In this document: positions 17,394 through 25,406 of the stretch, one piece after another
Layout: each line of letters opens with the position of its first letter
How positions within the stretch are numbered: the first letter of the stretch is position 1
Program-made: the position numbers and the translations under genes
Notes under the pieces: model-generated
Told to the model about the DNA's origin: nothing
Database searches by the model: none
The model's input: the letters and a program-made list of their open reading frames with translations, nothing else
Assembly: GCA_002413045.1 (NCBI GenBank)
Contig: DHWF01000051.1
Coordinates: forward strand, 90,964 to 154,963
Direction of reading: 5' to 3'
Length of the DNA stretch: 64,000 nt
Source: Chloroflexi bacterium UBA5189
GTDB lineage: Bacteria; Chloroflexota; Limnocylindria; Limnocylindrales; CSP1-4

Positions 17394-18572
17394 GTGCCGT
17401 CGCGACGGGTGCACCTGATCCCCTGGGGCCCGTTCCTGCTTATCGGCTGGTCCGGGCTGCTCGTACCGTCGCTGGTCCGGCAGATCGAGGCGACGTTCGG
17501 GGTCGACGACGCAGCGGTTGGGATCTGGTATTTCGTGGCGGCGTCGGCGTACGCCACCGGCTCGCTCGCCGGCGGCCTGCTGACCGAGCGGTTCGGGCGA
17601 CGGACCGTGCTCACGACGGCTGCCGTCGGGCTCGCGGCGAGCTGGGTCATCGCCGGCACCAGCGGCTCGTGGCTTGTCTTCACGTTGGCGGCGGCGCTCG
17701 GCGCTGGGGCGGGAGCGATCGATGGCGGCATGAACGGTCTCGTCCTCGCCATGACCGATGCCGCCGCCCGGCGGGCGCTCAACTTCCTGCACCTGTTCTT
17801 TTCGATCGGGGCATTCGCCGCGCCGCTTGTCATTGGCTGGCTGGTCGCCTCGGGCATTGCCTGGCAGCTGCCGATAGTCGCGACCGGCGTGGCGACGCTC
17901 CTGCTCGTGGCGGCACTGCTGTTGGTGGAGATCCCATCGGGCAGGCGCGAGCGTCGTCCGGACCCCTCCCCTGCCCCGACGCGCCGCGTCGCCAGCCGGC
18001 CATCGGCGCCGCTCATCCTGCTTGCCGTTGCGATCGGGTGCTACGTCGCGGCGGAGATCGCGGTGTCGAGCTGGACCGTCCGGTTCCTCGACGACGTCCC
18101 GTTCGAGACGGCAAGCCTCGCCCTGTCGGGGTTCTGGGCCGGCGTAGCGCTCGGGCGGTTGATGGCGGCCCGCTGGGGTGACCGGTTCTCCCACAGCAGG
18201 CTCGCCGCCGGCTCGGTCGCCGCCGCGGGCGTTGCCGTGATCGCCGCCGTCCTCGCGCCTTCGCCGACGGTCGCCATCGTCGCGATCGCTGTCGCAGGCT
18301 TCGCGTCAGGACCGGTGTTCCCGCTCATCGTGGCGATCGGCGGGGAGCTCTACCCGCATCGAGTCGCCGCCGTGGCCGGGACCCTCACGGCCGCCGGGGT
18401 CGTCGGCGGAATCGTCTACCCGCCGCTGGTCGGACTGATGTCGGCATCGCTGGGCCTCGGGGCCGGGCTGCTCGGCGGCGCGTGCCTTTCTATCGTTGCT
18501 GCCGGCGCGATCCTCGCCGCCGCCCGACTGGCTCGCCGGCCAGACCGCGTCGCGCCTGGACTCCCTACCTGA
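17394..18572 (+). CDS. MFS transporter
   Basis: About 12 predicted TM helices. MFS loop motif GGLLTERFGRR. Confidence 0.85.
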   Translation: MPSRRVHLIPWGPFLLIGWSGLLVPSLVRQIEATFGVDDAAVGIWYFVAASAYATGSLAGGLLTERFGRRTVLTTAAVGLAASWVIAGTSGSWLVFTLAAALGAGAGAIDGGMNGLVLAMTDAAARRALNFLHLFFSIGAFAAPLVIGWLVASGIAWQLPIVATGVATLLLVAALLLVEIPSGRRERRPDPSPAPTRRVASRPSAPLILLAVAIGCYVAAEIAVSSWTVRFLDDVPFETASLALSGFWAGVALGRLMAARWGDRFSHSRLAAGSVAAAGVAVIAAVLAPSPTVAIVAIAVAGFASGPVFPLIVAIGGELYPHRVAAVAGTLTAAGVVGGIVYPPLVGLMSASLGLGAGLLGGACLSIVAAGAILAAARLARRPDRVAPGLPT

Positions 18573-19164
18573 TCTGAGCCGGGCCGCTGTACCTCTCGTA
18601 CCGGCCGCGATAGCCGAGCGCACGAGCGAGCGGGGCGAGCAGGATCGCGATCGGCCCGAGGACCCACTGCGCCGGGGGCGGGAGCTGCACTTCGCGGTTG
18701 TAGGCCCTGGCGAGGACCATCATCTGGAGCGGGTTCGGCAGCCCGCTCTTGCCCACCTTCCCGTCTGCGGCCAGCCCGAAGAACGTCTCGAAGAACGTCT
18801 CCGTGTCGAGCGCGGGGCGGAACTGGACCAATGTCGCCGCCTCTTCCGTGCCGCTGTTCCACCAGGTGTGCGGCGTCCCCGCCGGGACGACGGCGACCTC
18901 GCCCGGCTCGTACAGCCGCTCCTTCCCGGCGACCTTGAAGGTGACCGGCCCCCCGCCGATCTCGAACCGCTCTTCCTGGTTCGGGTGGACATGCGGCGCC
19001 GCGATGAAGCCCTTGGGGGCCAGGTACAGGGTCATCTCGAACAGCTCGCCGCCGGTGTCCCTGGATCGCTTGCGAATCACGATGCGCTCGCCCGTTACCG
19101 GATGGACCAGCGGGCGATCCGCCGCCCCGGGCGGGCTGCTGTCGATCTCGGTGATAGTGGCCAT
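18565..19164 (-). CDS. cupin domain-containing protein
   Basis: HVHPNQEERFEIGGGPVTFKVAGKERLYEPGEVAVVPAGTPH. Confidence 0.8.
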   Translation of the reverse strand: MATITEIDSSPPGAADRPLVHPVTGERIVIRKRSRDTGGELFEMTLYLAPKGFIAAPHVHPNQEERFEIGGGPVTFKVAGKERLYEPGEVAVVPAGTPHTWWNSGTEEAATLVQFRPALDTETFFETFFGLAADGKVGKSGLPNPLQMMVLARAYNREVQLPPPAQWVLGPIAILLAPLARALGYRGRYERYSGPAQIR

Positions 19165-19286
19165 TCCTGCGGATCGTATGCCACGCGGGTCGAGCGCGTC
19201 TGGATCCGGGTCGACAACGTCGACGTGGCTTTCGAAGTCGGTCTCGAGCTCGGGCGCCCCATGGTCGAAGTCGATACCCTTCGGGC

Positions 19287-19643
19287 ATGGCGCTCGTGCT
19301 TGATTACATTGAGCTGGCGGTTGACGACATCGAGCAGGCCAAGGCCTTCTACTCGAAGGCCATGGGCTGGACGTTCAACGACTACGGCCCCGACTACGCG
19401 GGCATGCAGGACCCAAGGAACCCAGGGCAGGAGTTCGGGGGCCTGAACGCGCACGCGGCGACGTCGCGAGGTGACGGTGTCATCGCGCTCGCTCGAACCG
19501 ACGACGCCGAGCGGGAGCTCGCGGCCATTCGGGCCGCCGGAGGCCGGATCGTGCTGGACCTGTACGAATACCCGGGCGGGCGGCGGTTCACCTTCGCCGA
19601 CCCGTGGGGGAACATCCTCGGCGTCTACGAGCCGGCCACCTAG
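19287..19643 (+). CDS. VOC family protein
   Basis: LDYIELAVDDIEQAKAFYSKAMGWTF...FADPWGNILGV. Confidence 0.8.
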   Translation: MALVLDYIELAVDDIEQAKAFYSKAMGWTFNDYGPDYAGMQDPRNPGQEFGGLNAHAATSRGDGVIALARTDDAERELAAIRAAGGRIVLDLYEYPGGRRFTFADPWGNILGVYEPAT

Positions 19644-19804
19644 GCACTTTCGCGGATTCCTCTCGGCCCTGCTCCTACCGGTGATCGTCTACATCGTCAG
19701 CCGGCTGATCGGAGGCCGCGTCGGCGTCTGACGAGACTCGAGCTGCGCAATGCCGTCGCCGATCGGGCGCGGCGCACGGCTCGGCTGTCTCGACATCGCG
19801 TTGC

Positions 19805-20305
19805 TCAGAGCCGAGACAGCACCAGGGTGGCGAAGGTCGAGTCGGCGGCCGTGACCCTGGCCTGATCCGATCCGAAGTAGGCGACGCCGATGTCGATGAT
19901 GTAGCCGCCCTGCTTGATCGAGAGGTCGCCGGAGACCGGGTAGCCGCTGAACGCGGCTTCTCCGAAGCCGCTCACCGGGGTAGCGCCCTGGGCATGGCTG
20001 AAGGTCTGCCAGATGGCGTCGTCGTAGGTCGCGACGGAAATACTGGCCGCGGTCGACTCCGTGTTGTCCTGCGCATCCCAGTTGCACGCGACCTGGCCGC
20101 TCGAGTCCTGCTCGAGGCCGTCCTTCATGGGTACGCCGAGAGCGGTCTGGATCTCGGCGGGCGTGAGCAACGAGCACGCCTTGATCGAACTGACGTCACC
20201 GCCACCGCCCGCCGGGGTGGCCGTCGGCGTGCTTGAGCCGCTGCACGCGGTGAGGAGTACCGCAGTCGTCATCACCAGGAACGCCCGAGCGCGGAAACCG
20301 TGCAT
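19805..20305 (-). CDS. DUF3558-like lipoprotein
   Basis: Signal peptide with lipobox LTAC. ACSLLTPAEIQTALG and a later conserved Cys. Paralog-like to 24673..25272. Confidence 0.7.
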   Translation of the reverse strand: MHGFRARAFLVMTTAVLLTACSGSSTPTATPAGGGGDVSSIKACSLLTPAEIQTALGVPMKDGLEQDSSGQVACNWDAQDNTESTAASISVATYDDAIWQTFSHAQGATPVSGFGEAAFSGYPVSGDLSIKQGGYIIDIGVAYFGSDQARVTAADSTFATLVLSRL

Positions 20306-20316
20306 GGAGTCGCCTC

Positions 20317-21003
20317 CTATCCCGTGGGCTCAGGTTCTCCGCTCGGATTGAGCGGATCCGCCGCGACAAAGATGGCCGTGCCGGCGATGGTTTGCAGCTC
20401 CACGTTGCGGAACGAGCGCCCGAGGATGTCCCGCAGGCCGGCTTCGGTGTCGTCGAGGTTGTCGAATGCGCCGCGCTTGTTGAACGCCCAGAGGAACGCC
20501 CTGCCCAGGCGCGTGTGGTTAGCCGACCTTCCCAGGACGGAGGCACCGAACAGGACGCCGCCGGGAGCCATCACCCGGGCGATGTTCTCGATGGCAAGGG
20601 ACTTGCGCGCCATCGGGCCTGGCAGGCAGTGCAGGACCAGGCTCAGCGCGGCGGATTCGAACGGGCCCGGGGCTGGGAGCGGCTTCAGGACGTCTGCCTG
20701 GACAGCCGTGACGTCGAGCCGTCGAAGCCGTCTCGTGACGTAGCGAAGAACGTTCGCATTCGGGTCGAGGATCGTCACCCTGCTGTCGTCTGGAAAACCG
20801 GCGTGCTCCAGGAAGTAGCCCGTGCCCGGACCGACGTCGAGGTGAATCGGGCGAATGTGCTCGCGGTAGAGACGCACCTGCTCCTTCGTCGGGAACCGCC
20901 ACACGAACCGGGCGATCGGCCCGAGGACGAGCGGGTCATAGAGCCGCAGCAGGGCGCGGCTGTAGTCGCTCTGCCCGCGGTACGCAGGGTCGTCTCGATC
21001 CAC
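20317..21003 (-). CDS. class I SAM-dependent methyltransferase
   Basis: SAM motif I HLDVGPGTGYF, plus later ILDPN and LVLHCLPG blocks. Confidence 0.8.
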   Translation of the reverse strand: MDRDDPAYRGQSDYSRALLRLYDPLVLGPIARFVWRFPTKEQVRLYREHIRPIHLDVGPGTGYFLEHAGFPDDSRVTILDPNANVLRYVTRRLRRLDVTAVQADVLKPLPAPGPFESAALSLVLHCLPGPMARKSLAIENIARVMAPGGVLFGASVLGRSANHTRLGRAFLWAFNKRGAFDNLDDTEAGLRDILGRSFRNVELQTIAGTAIFVAADPLNPSGEPEPTG

Positions 21004-21013
21004 CCTCGGGCCC

Positions 21014-21865
21014 TCAGCTCGGCGGCAGCAGGTCTGGCCGCTCCGGACGCGCTCGCTTGATCAGATCGTTACGGGCTGACCCGCGATACCGGCCGGGCGT
21101 CGTCTCGAGGTAGCGGCCGAACCAGCGGGTCAGGTGGCTCTGGTCGGCGAAGCCGACCTCGTCCGCGACCCGGCTGATCGGCTCGTCGGTGGTCGCGAGG
21201 AGCCTGGCGGCGGCATTCACCCGGATTCGGCGCAGGTACGTCGCCAGCGACTCGCCGTAGGCGCGCCGGAAGCCACGCGCCAGCCGTTCGGGCTCGATCC
21301 CGATCGCGTCGGCGATCTCGGTCAACGACAGCGGGTCCGTGTAGCGGTCGTGGAGGACGGCACGCGCCTTGCCCAGCCACATCGGGCGTCGCTCCAGCCC
21401 GACCGAGCGGGCCACGCGCGCGACGAGCTCCAGCGCCGCCGCCTCGACCGCGAGCGGGGTGACGTCGTCCGGCTCCTCGAGCTCGTTCGCCGCCCGCCTG
21501 GCCAGGAGCTCGATGTACGGGTCCCGCACGTGCAGGAACCGCCGGGTGGCCTCGCCGACGACGGATCCGAGCCGTTCCGCCTCCAGGGTCAGGCTCAGGA
21601 CCGCGGTCTCGGCGGCACCGAACCGGTTGGCATGGAGCTCACCCGCCGGCTCGACCAGAACGGTCGGCGCGAAGCAGTCCCGCTCATGCGGTTCGTTGCC
21701 GGCAAACCAGCCGCCCGCGAGAACCACGGCGATGTTGGTGTCCGGATGTGAGTGCGCCGGCAGCTGCAGGTCGGCAGGAAACCGCATGGAACTCACGCGG
21801 CCGAACGAAACCGCCAGGCCTTCAACGCGAGATGCGCCCGCCGTGACGGCGACCTGCGCTCCCAT
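21014..21865 (-). CDS. AraC family transcriptional regulator (cupin-like N-domain + HTH)
   Basis: C-terminal AraC HTH (LSLTEIADAIGIEPERLARGFRRAYGESLATYLRRIRVNAAARLL...VGFADQSHLTRWF). Start assigned to MGAQVAV. The upstream part of ORF ..22348 is R/S/P-rich and not credible. Confidence 0.8.
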   Translation of the reverse strand: MGAQVAVTAGASRVEGLAVSFGRVSSMRFPADLQLPAHSHPDTNIAVVLAGGWFAGNEPHERDCFAPTVLVEPAGELHANRFGAAETAVLSLTLEAERLGSVVGEATRRFLHVRDPYIELLARRAANELEEPDDVTPLAVEAAALELVARVARSVGLERRPMWLGKARAVLHDRYTDPLSLTEIADAIGIEPERLARGFRRAYGESLATYLRRIRVNAAARLLATTDEPISRVADEVGFADQSHLTRWFGRYLETTPGRYRGSARNDLIKRARPERPDLLPPS

Positions 21866-22005
21866 GACGGGATTGTGCCACGAAGTGCAATCGTTCCAAC
21901 GCTCCCGGAGCATGCAAGACATCCGACCGCGGCGACGGCAACGTATCGGACGACATGGACACCCGGAAGCATTCGGACGTCGTCGAGGACGGGCGAGGGC
22001 GGAAG

Positions 22006-22152
22006 ATGGGCGTGTCCGGGGGTCGCCGGTGTGCTGCGTGCGGCGTCGTCGTCCATTGGCGGATCGAGAAGTTCTGCCTGCAGCACCGCCAGCAATTCGG
22101 CGGTCACATCTACTGCATGCGCTGCCAGGCGGCGTTCCCCGCCGCCAGCTGA
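22006..22152 (+). CDS. possible small zinc-ribbon protein (CxxC...CxxC)
   Basis: MGVSGGRRCAACGVVVHWRIEKFCLQHRQQFGGHIYCMRCQ. GC3 is mostly high. Divergent from the AraC gene. An alternative ATG is at 21955. Confidence 0.3.
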   Translation: MGVSGGRRCAACGVVVHWRIEKFCLQHRQQFGGHIYCMRCQAAFPAAS

Positions 22153-22169
22153 GGAGCGCTGCCCCTCCC

Positions 22170-22530
22170 CTACTCCTCGTTCGCGGCGAGGAACGCGTCG
22201 AGCTCGGCGATGAAGGGCGCGGCGCGGAGCGGCTCGCCGATGGCTCGAGCCTGACGGACCGCCGCGAGGCCGGCATCACGATCACCCATGCCCACCAGGC
22301 AGCGGCCGATGCCAGCGAGCCCGATCGCATGCTCCATTGGCCATCCATGGGACTCGGAGAAGGCCGTCGCTTCGGTGCGCCTCGATGACCCGCCTGGCCC
22401 GCCCGTGATAGGTCGAGAGGAGCCGCTCAACGTCTTCAGGGTCCAGCCGCTCCGCCATATCGGTCGACCCGACGACGTCGCAGAACAGCGCAGTGATGAC
22501 CCTCCGTTCGATCTCTCGCCGCGACTCCAC
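22170..22530 (-). pseudogene. deletion remnant of a paralog of the cyclase-ATPase-TPR gene (N-terminal ~50 codons joined out of frame to C-terminal ~60 codons)
   Basis: MESRREIERRVITALFCDVVGSTDMAERLDPEDVERLLSTYHGRARRVIEAH matches the N-terminus of 11352..14648. A second frame gives GWPMEHAIGLAGIGRCLVGMGDRDAGLAAVRQARAIGEPLRAAPFIAELDAFLAANEE, matching its C-terminus. Confidence 0.8.
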
Positions 22531-22566
22531 GCGTCGATGGTACGAAGACCGCGGGCGAGATCTCAG

Positions 22567-23370
22567 CTACTCGTGCTTGGATCCTGCCTCGAGGACGCGA
22601 CCCAAGTGGACGCCCAGCCAGATGGCGATCACGGGGGCGATCACGACGCCCGTCGCGATCAGGAGCAGCGTCTGGACAAGATCCAGGCCATTGAGATCGA
22701 GAACGACCAGGAGGACGAGCACCGCCTCGAGCGCCGCGCCGACGAATGCGACCGGGGCGAGCCGTCGTGGGAGTGCGGGCTCCGCAAGGCACGCCTTACC
22801 GAGGTAGTACAGACCGATGGCGAACGCCGCAGCGGACGCGGTCCCGCACCACGAGCTGAGGTCGTCCATGAGCTCCGTGCCGCGCCCAACCGCGACCATG
22901 ATCTCGGGTGGCACCTGCTCCCAGCCGGTGCTGCGCCACCAGGACGTGTCGACGAGGAAGGTCACCGCGTTCAGGGCCCCGAAGAGCGCGCCCACACCGA
23001 GGAAGCCCGCAGTGACCTGGACCAGCGCCCTTCGGCCGCCCGTCGCCGCGTTCACCGCAAGGGCAAGCGGAATGAAACCGATGAAGGCGACGAAGAAGAT
23101 GCCGTCGCGCAGCAGGTAGTCCCACATGGTCGCGTTCCGATAGGCGAAGAACGCCACCCAGTAACGAGCCTCGTCCTGGAGCTGGCCGGCGCTGGTGCTT
23201 GCGTAGGTCGGCACCGCGCCGAGGAGGCCCTGGCTCTCAATCAAGAAGAGGATGGCTCCGGCCAGCAGGCCGACACCGACGAGGACTCCCCAGAACCGTG
23301 CGATCCGGCCCCACCGTGGGTCGATCCGCTCGTCGGGCGTCCAACCCGGTCTCGCTCCGTTCACGGTCAT
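22567..23370 (-). CDS. integral membrane protein, function unknown
   Basis: ATG start, high GC3, about 6 hydrophobic helices. No catalytic motif recognised. Confidence 0.7.
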   Translation of the reverse strand: MTVNGARPGWTPDERIDPRWGRIARFWGVLVGVGLLAGAILFLIESQGLLGAVPTYASTSAGQLQDEARYWVAFFAYRNATMWDYLLRDGIFFVAFIGFIPLALAVNAATGGRRALVQVTAGFLGVGALFGALNAVTFLVDTSWWRSTGWEQVPPEIMVAVGRGTELMDDLSSWCGTASAAAFAIGLYYLGKACLAEPALPRRLAPVAFVGAALEAVLVLLVVLDLNGLDLVQTLLLIATGVVIAPVIAIWLGVHLGRVLEAGSKHE

Positions 23371-23391
23371 CGCTAGCCCCTTTCTCCCGAT

Positions 23392-23829
23392 TCAGGCGTA
23401 CCCGCGATGCAAGCTGAACACGTATGGCAGCCGGTTGACCATCAGCAACCCCAGCGGGATGCCGATGACCGTGAGGAACAGCACGTAGCTGACCGCCATG
23501 TAGATCGCGGACAGCCACCAGCCGATCACGACGAAGTACGCGAGCCGGACCGCGAGGCTGACCTGCTCGACCGCGACCGGCCGGTGGCGGACGACGCCGT
23601 CGGCCCCGGTCACGACCATATAGGCCTCGCGTCGGGGGCGGAGCGTCAGCACGGTTGGGATGCGATTGACCAGGTAGAACGCGAGCGGCAGCCCGATGAT
23701 CGTGAGTGCAAGGAACCAGGCGGCGGTCAGGACGATCCCCGCCAGCCACCACCCGACCATCAGGTACCAAGCGGCTCGCACCACGAATGGCGGGCCCGGG
23801 TTGCGCACAATGGCGGTCGACGTCTGCAT
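23392..23829 (-). CDS. YccF domain-containing inner membrane protein
   Basis: Duplicated YccF/DUF307 motif (WWLAGIVLTAAWFLALTIIGLPLAF and GWWLSAIYMAVSYVLFLTVIGIPLG). Confidence 0.8.
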   Translation of the reverse strand: MQTSTAIVRNPGPPFVVRAAWYLMVGWWLAGIVLTAAWFLALTIIGLPLAFYLVNRIPTVLTLRPRREAYMVVTGADGVVRHRPVAVEQVSLAVRLAYFVVIGWWLSAIYMAVSYVLFLTVIGIPLGLLMVNRLPYVFSLHRGYA

Positions 23830-23854
23830 GCGAAGCGGATCGTAGGACCCCGCG

Positions 23855-24463
23855 CTATCCCTCGGCGGTCCCGAAGGTGGCTCGTCCCGCCGGTCGATAC
23901 GTCTGCAGCATCACGCCGTTCGGGGTCGCCTTCGAGTGGAGCAGCTCGAGCCGATGGGTCTGGCCGTGGTCCGGGAACAGCCGTAGCCCGTCGCCGAGGA
24001 CGACAGGGTGGATCACGAGCTGGAGCTCGTCGACGAGGTCGTGCTCCAGGAGCCACTGCAGGAGTACGCCACTGCCCTGCAGCAGGAGGTCTCGGCCCGG
24101 CTGCGCCTTGAGCTCGCGGACCTTCGCCTCGACGTCGCCGTCGATGACGTGCGTGTTCTGCCACGCCGGATCCTTCAGCGTCGTCGACGGCACGTACTTG
24201 GGCAGGACGTTGATCCCATCCGAGATCGGATCGTCGCCGTGGTGTTTCGGCCAATAGTTCGCCCAGATGTCGAAGGTCACCCGGCCCAGCAGCATGGCAT
24301 CCATGCCCGCGTACGCCGCGGTGATGAACGCGCCGGTCTCCTCGTCGCTGAACGGGGCCATCCAGCCGCCGCGCTCGAACCCGCCGCGCGTGTCCTCGTC
24401 GCGCCCGCCCGGACCCTGGTACACGCCGTCCAGCGTCACGAACACCAGTGCAGTCAGCTTCAT
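23855..24463 (-). CDS. dihydrofolate reductase family protein (RibD C-terminal-like)
   Basis: MKLTALVFVTLDGVYQGPGG...LLGRVTFDIWANYWP...LLQGSGVLLQWLL..DLVDELQLVIHP. Confidence 0.85.
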   Translation of the reverse strand: MKLTALVFVTLDGVYQGPGGRDEDTRGGFERGGWMAPFSDEETGAFITAAYAGMDAMLLGRVTFDIWANYWPKHHGDDPISDGINVLPKYVPSTTLKDPAWQNTHVIDGDVEAKVRELKAQPGRDLLLQGSGVLLQWLLEHDLVDELQLVIHPVVLGDGLRLFPDHGQTHRLELLHSKATPNGVMLQTYRPAGRATFGTAEG

Positions 24464-24505
24464 GATCGTCGCTCCTTCGCGTCGCATGGTGACACCAAAG
24501 GCCGA

Positions 24506-24529
24506 GACCCTCAGTCGAGCGAGAGGGTC
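24506..24529 (-). other. hairpin (7-bp stem GACCCTC/GAGGGTC) in the leader of the DHFR-family gene, downstream of the lipoprotein gene
   Basis: Inverted repeat with a 10-nt loop. On the minus strand it is followed by TCGGCCTTTGGTGTC. Confidence 0.35.
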
Positions 24530-24672
24530 ATCGTCCTCGGGCCACCGCGGCGATCCGGCGGACTTGGCCGCGATGTTCGGGCGCGCCGCCGGCGGTCAGG
24601 ACCTGGCCGCCGCCCAGATCTTGTGGATCACCGCTCGACGAACCATCGCAACGCTCCTTCCGCACATCTCGT

Positions 24673-25272
24673 TCAGGGCCCGATGCCCGCGAAGATCTCG
24701 TTGCACAGGGCGCCGAATTGCTGCATGAACGCGGGCAGCGCCGTCGGATCGATCGCGGCGAAGACGCCCTTGCCCGTGGTGTGAACGCTCAGCTGGCCGT
24801 TCCCGCCGGCGATCGAGAGCTCGCAGGTGTCCTGCCCCTTGACCGCGCCGAGGTGCGGGAAGTAGCCCCCGAGCAGGTCCCAGGTCGCGTGGTCTCCGAT
24901 ACCACTGATCGGAGTGACGCCGGTCGTGCCCATGTCATCGTTGAGCGGGCCCTCTCCCTGGCCGACGTTGACGACCACGTTCAAGCCATCGCCGATCGAT
25001 GGGTCGCCGAGGGGCCACGTGCAGTCGCCCGTGTGGTCAGTCGTGGAGGTGCCAAGGGGCGTCGAGAAGAGCGCCTGGACGTCGGCCTCGGTGAGCTTCG
25101 AGCATGGATCGAGGTCCGGCAGCCCGAGGCCGCTCGCGCCTGTCGGAGCGCCGGCTGGCGCATTGGCAACGCTGCCCGCCGACGACGGTCCCGCCGCGCC
25201 ACCGCCAGAGCAGGCGGCCGACCCGGCTGCAACGGCGACCGCCATGAGGCAGGTCACAAGGGTTCTGCGCAT
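24673..25272 (-). CDS. DUF3558-like lipoprotein
   Basis: ATG 25272 preceded by GGAG (GTG 25281 is an alternative). Lipobox SAAC. PCSKLTEADVQALF block resembles 19805..20305. Confidence 0.75.
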   Translation of the reverse strand: MRRTLVTCLMAVAVAAGSAACSGGGAAGPSSAGSVANAPAGAPTGASGLGLPDLDPCSKLTEADVQALFSTPLGTSTTDHTGDCTWPLGDPSIGDGLNVVVNVGQGEGPLNDDMGTTGVTPISGIGDHATWDLLGGYFPHLGAVKGQDTCELSIAGGNGQLSVHTTGKGVFAAIDPTALPAFMQQFGALCNEIFAGIGP

Positions 25273-25319
25273 CCTGTGCACTCCAATCGCCTGTGAAGCC
25301 GCGGCTCACGGCCTGTTGC

Positions 25320-25374
25320 CAGCGTCGCCGCAGTCGATCGCAGATCGGTCGCAAGGCCCGGCTGCGGCGATCGC
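25320..25374 (-). promoter_or_regulatory. SARP-box-like 11-bp-phased heptamer array plus conserved leader (copy A)
   Basis: Minus strand: gcga TCGCCGC agcc GGGCCTT gcga CCGATCT gcga TCGACTG cggc GACGCTG. Homologous to 31005..31047. Confidence 0.5.
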
Positions 25375-25406
25375 ACGCCGGCCGCGAACGCCGGCCGATC
25401 GACGCG

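Noticed and set aside
19644-19804. A terminator or small TM peptide (LSALLLPVIVYIVSRLIGGRVGV) between convergent genes
   Set aside because: There is no start codon for the peptide. Only a 12-nt palindrome (TCAGCCGGCTGA) is present, with no stem-loop of terminator quality.
21866-22348. The 444-aa ORF 21014..22348 read as a single long AraC protein
   Set aside because: The first ~160 residues are S/R/P-rich, overlap the cyclase fossil and the zinc-ribbon ORF, and have no AraC-like N-domain features. The cupin-like domain starts near MGAQVAV (21865).
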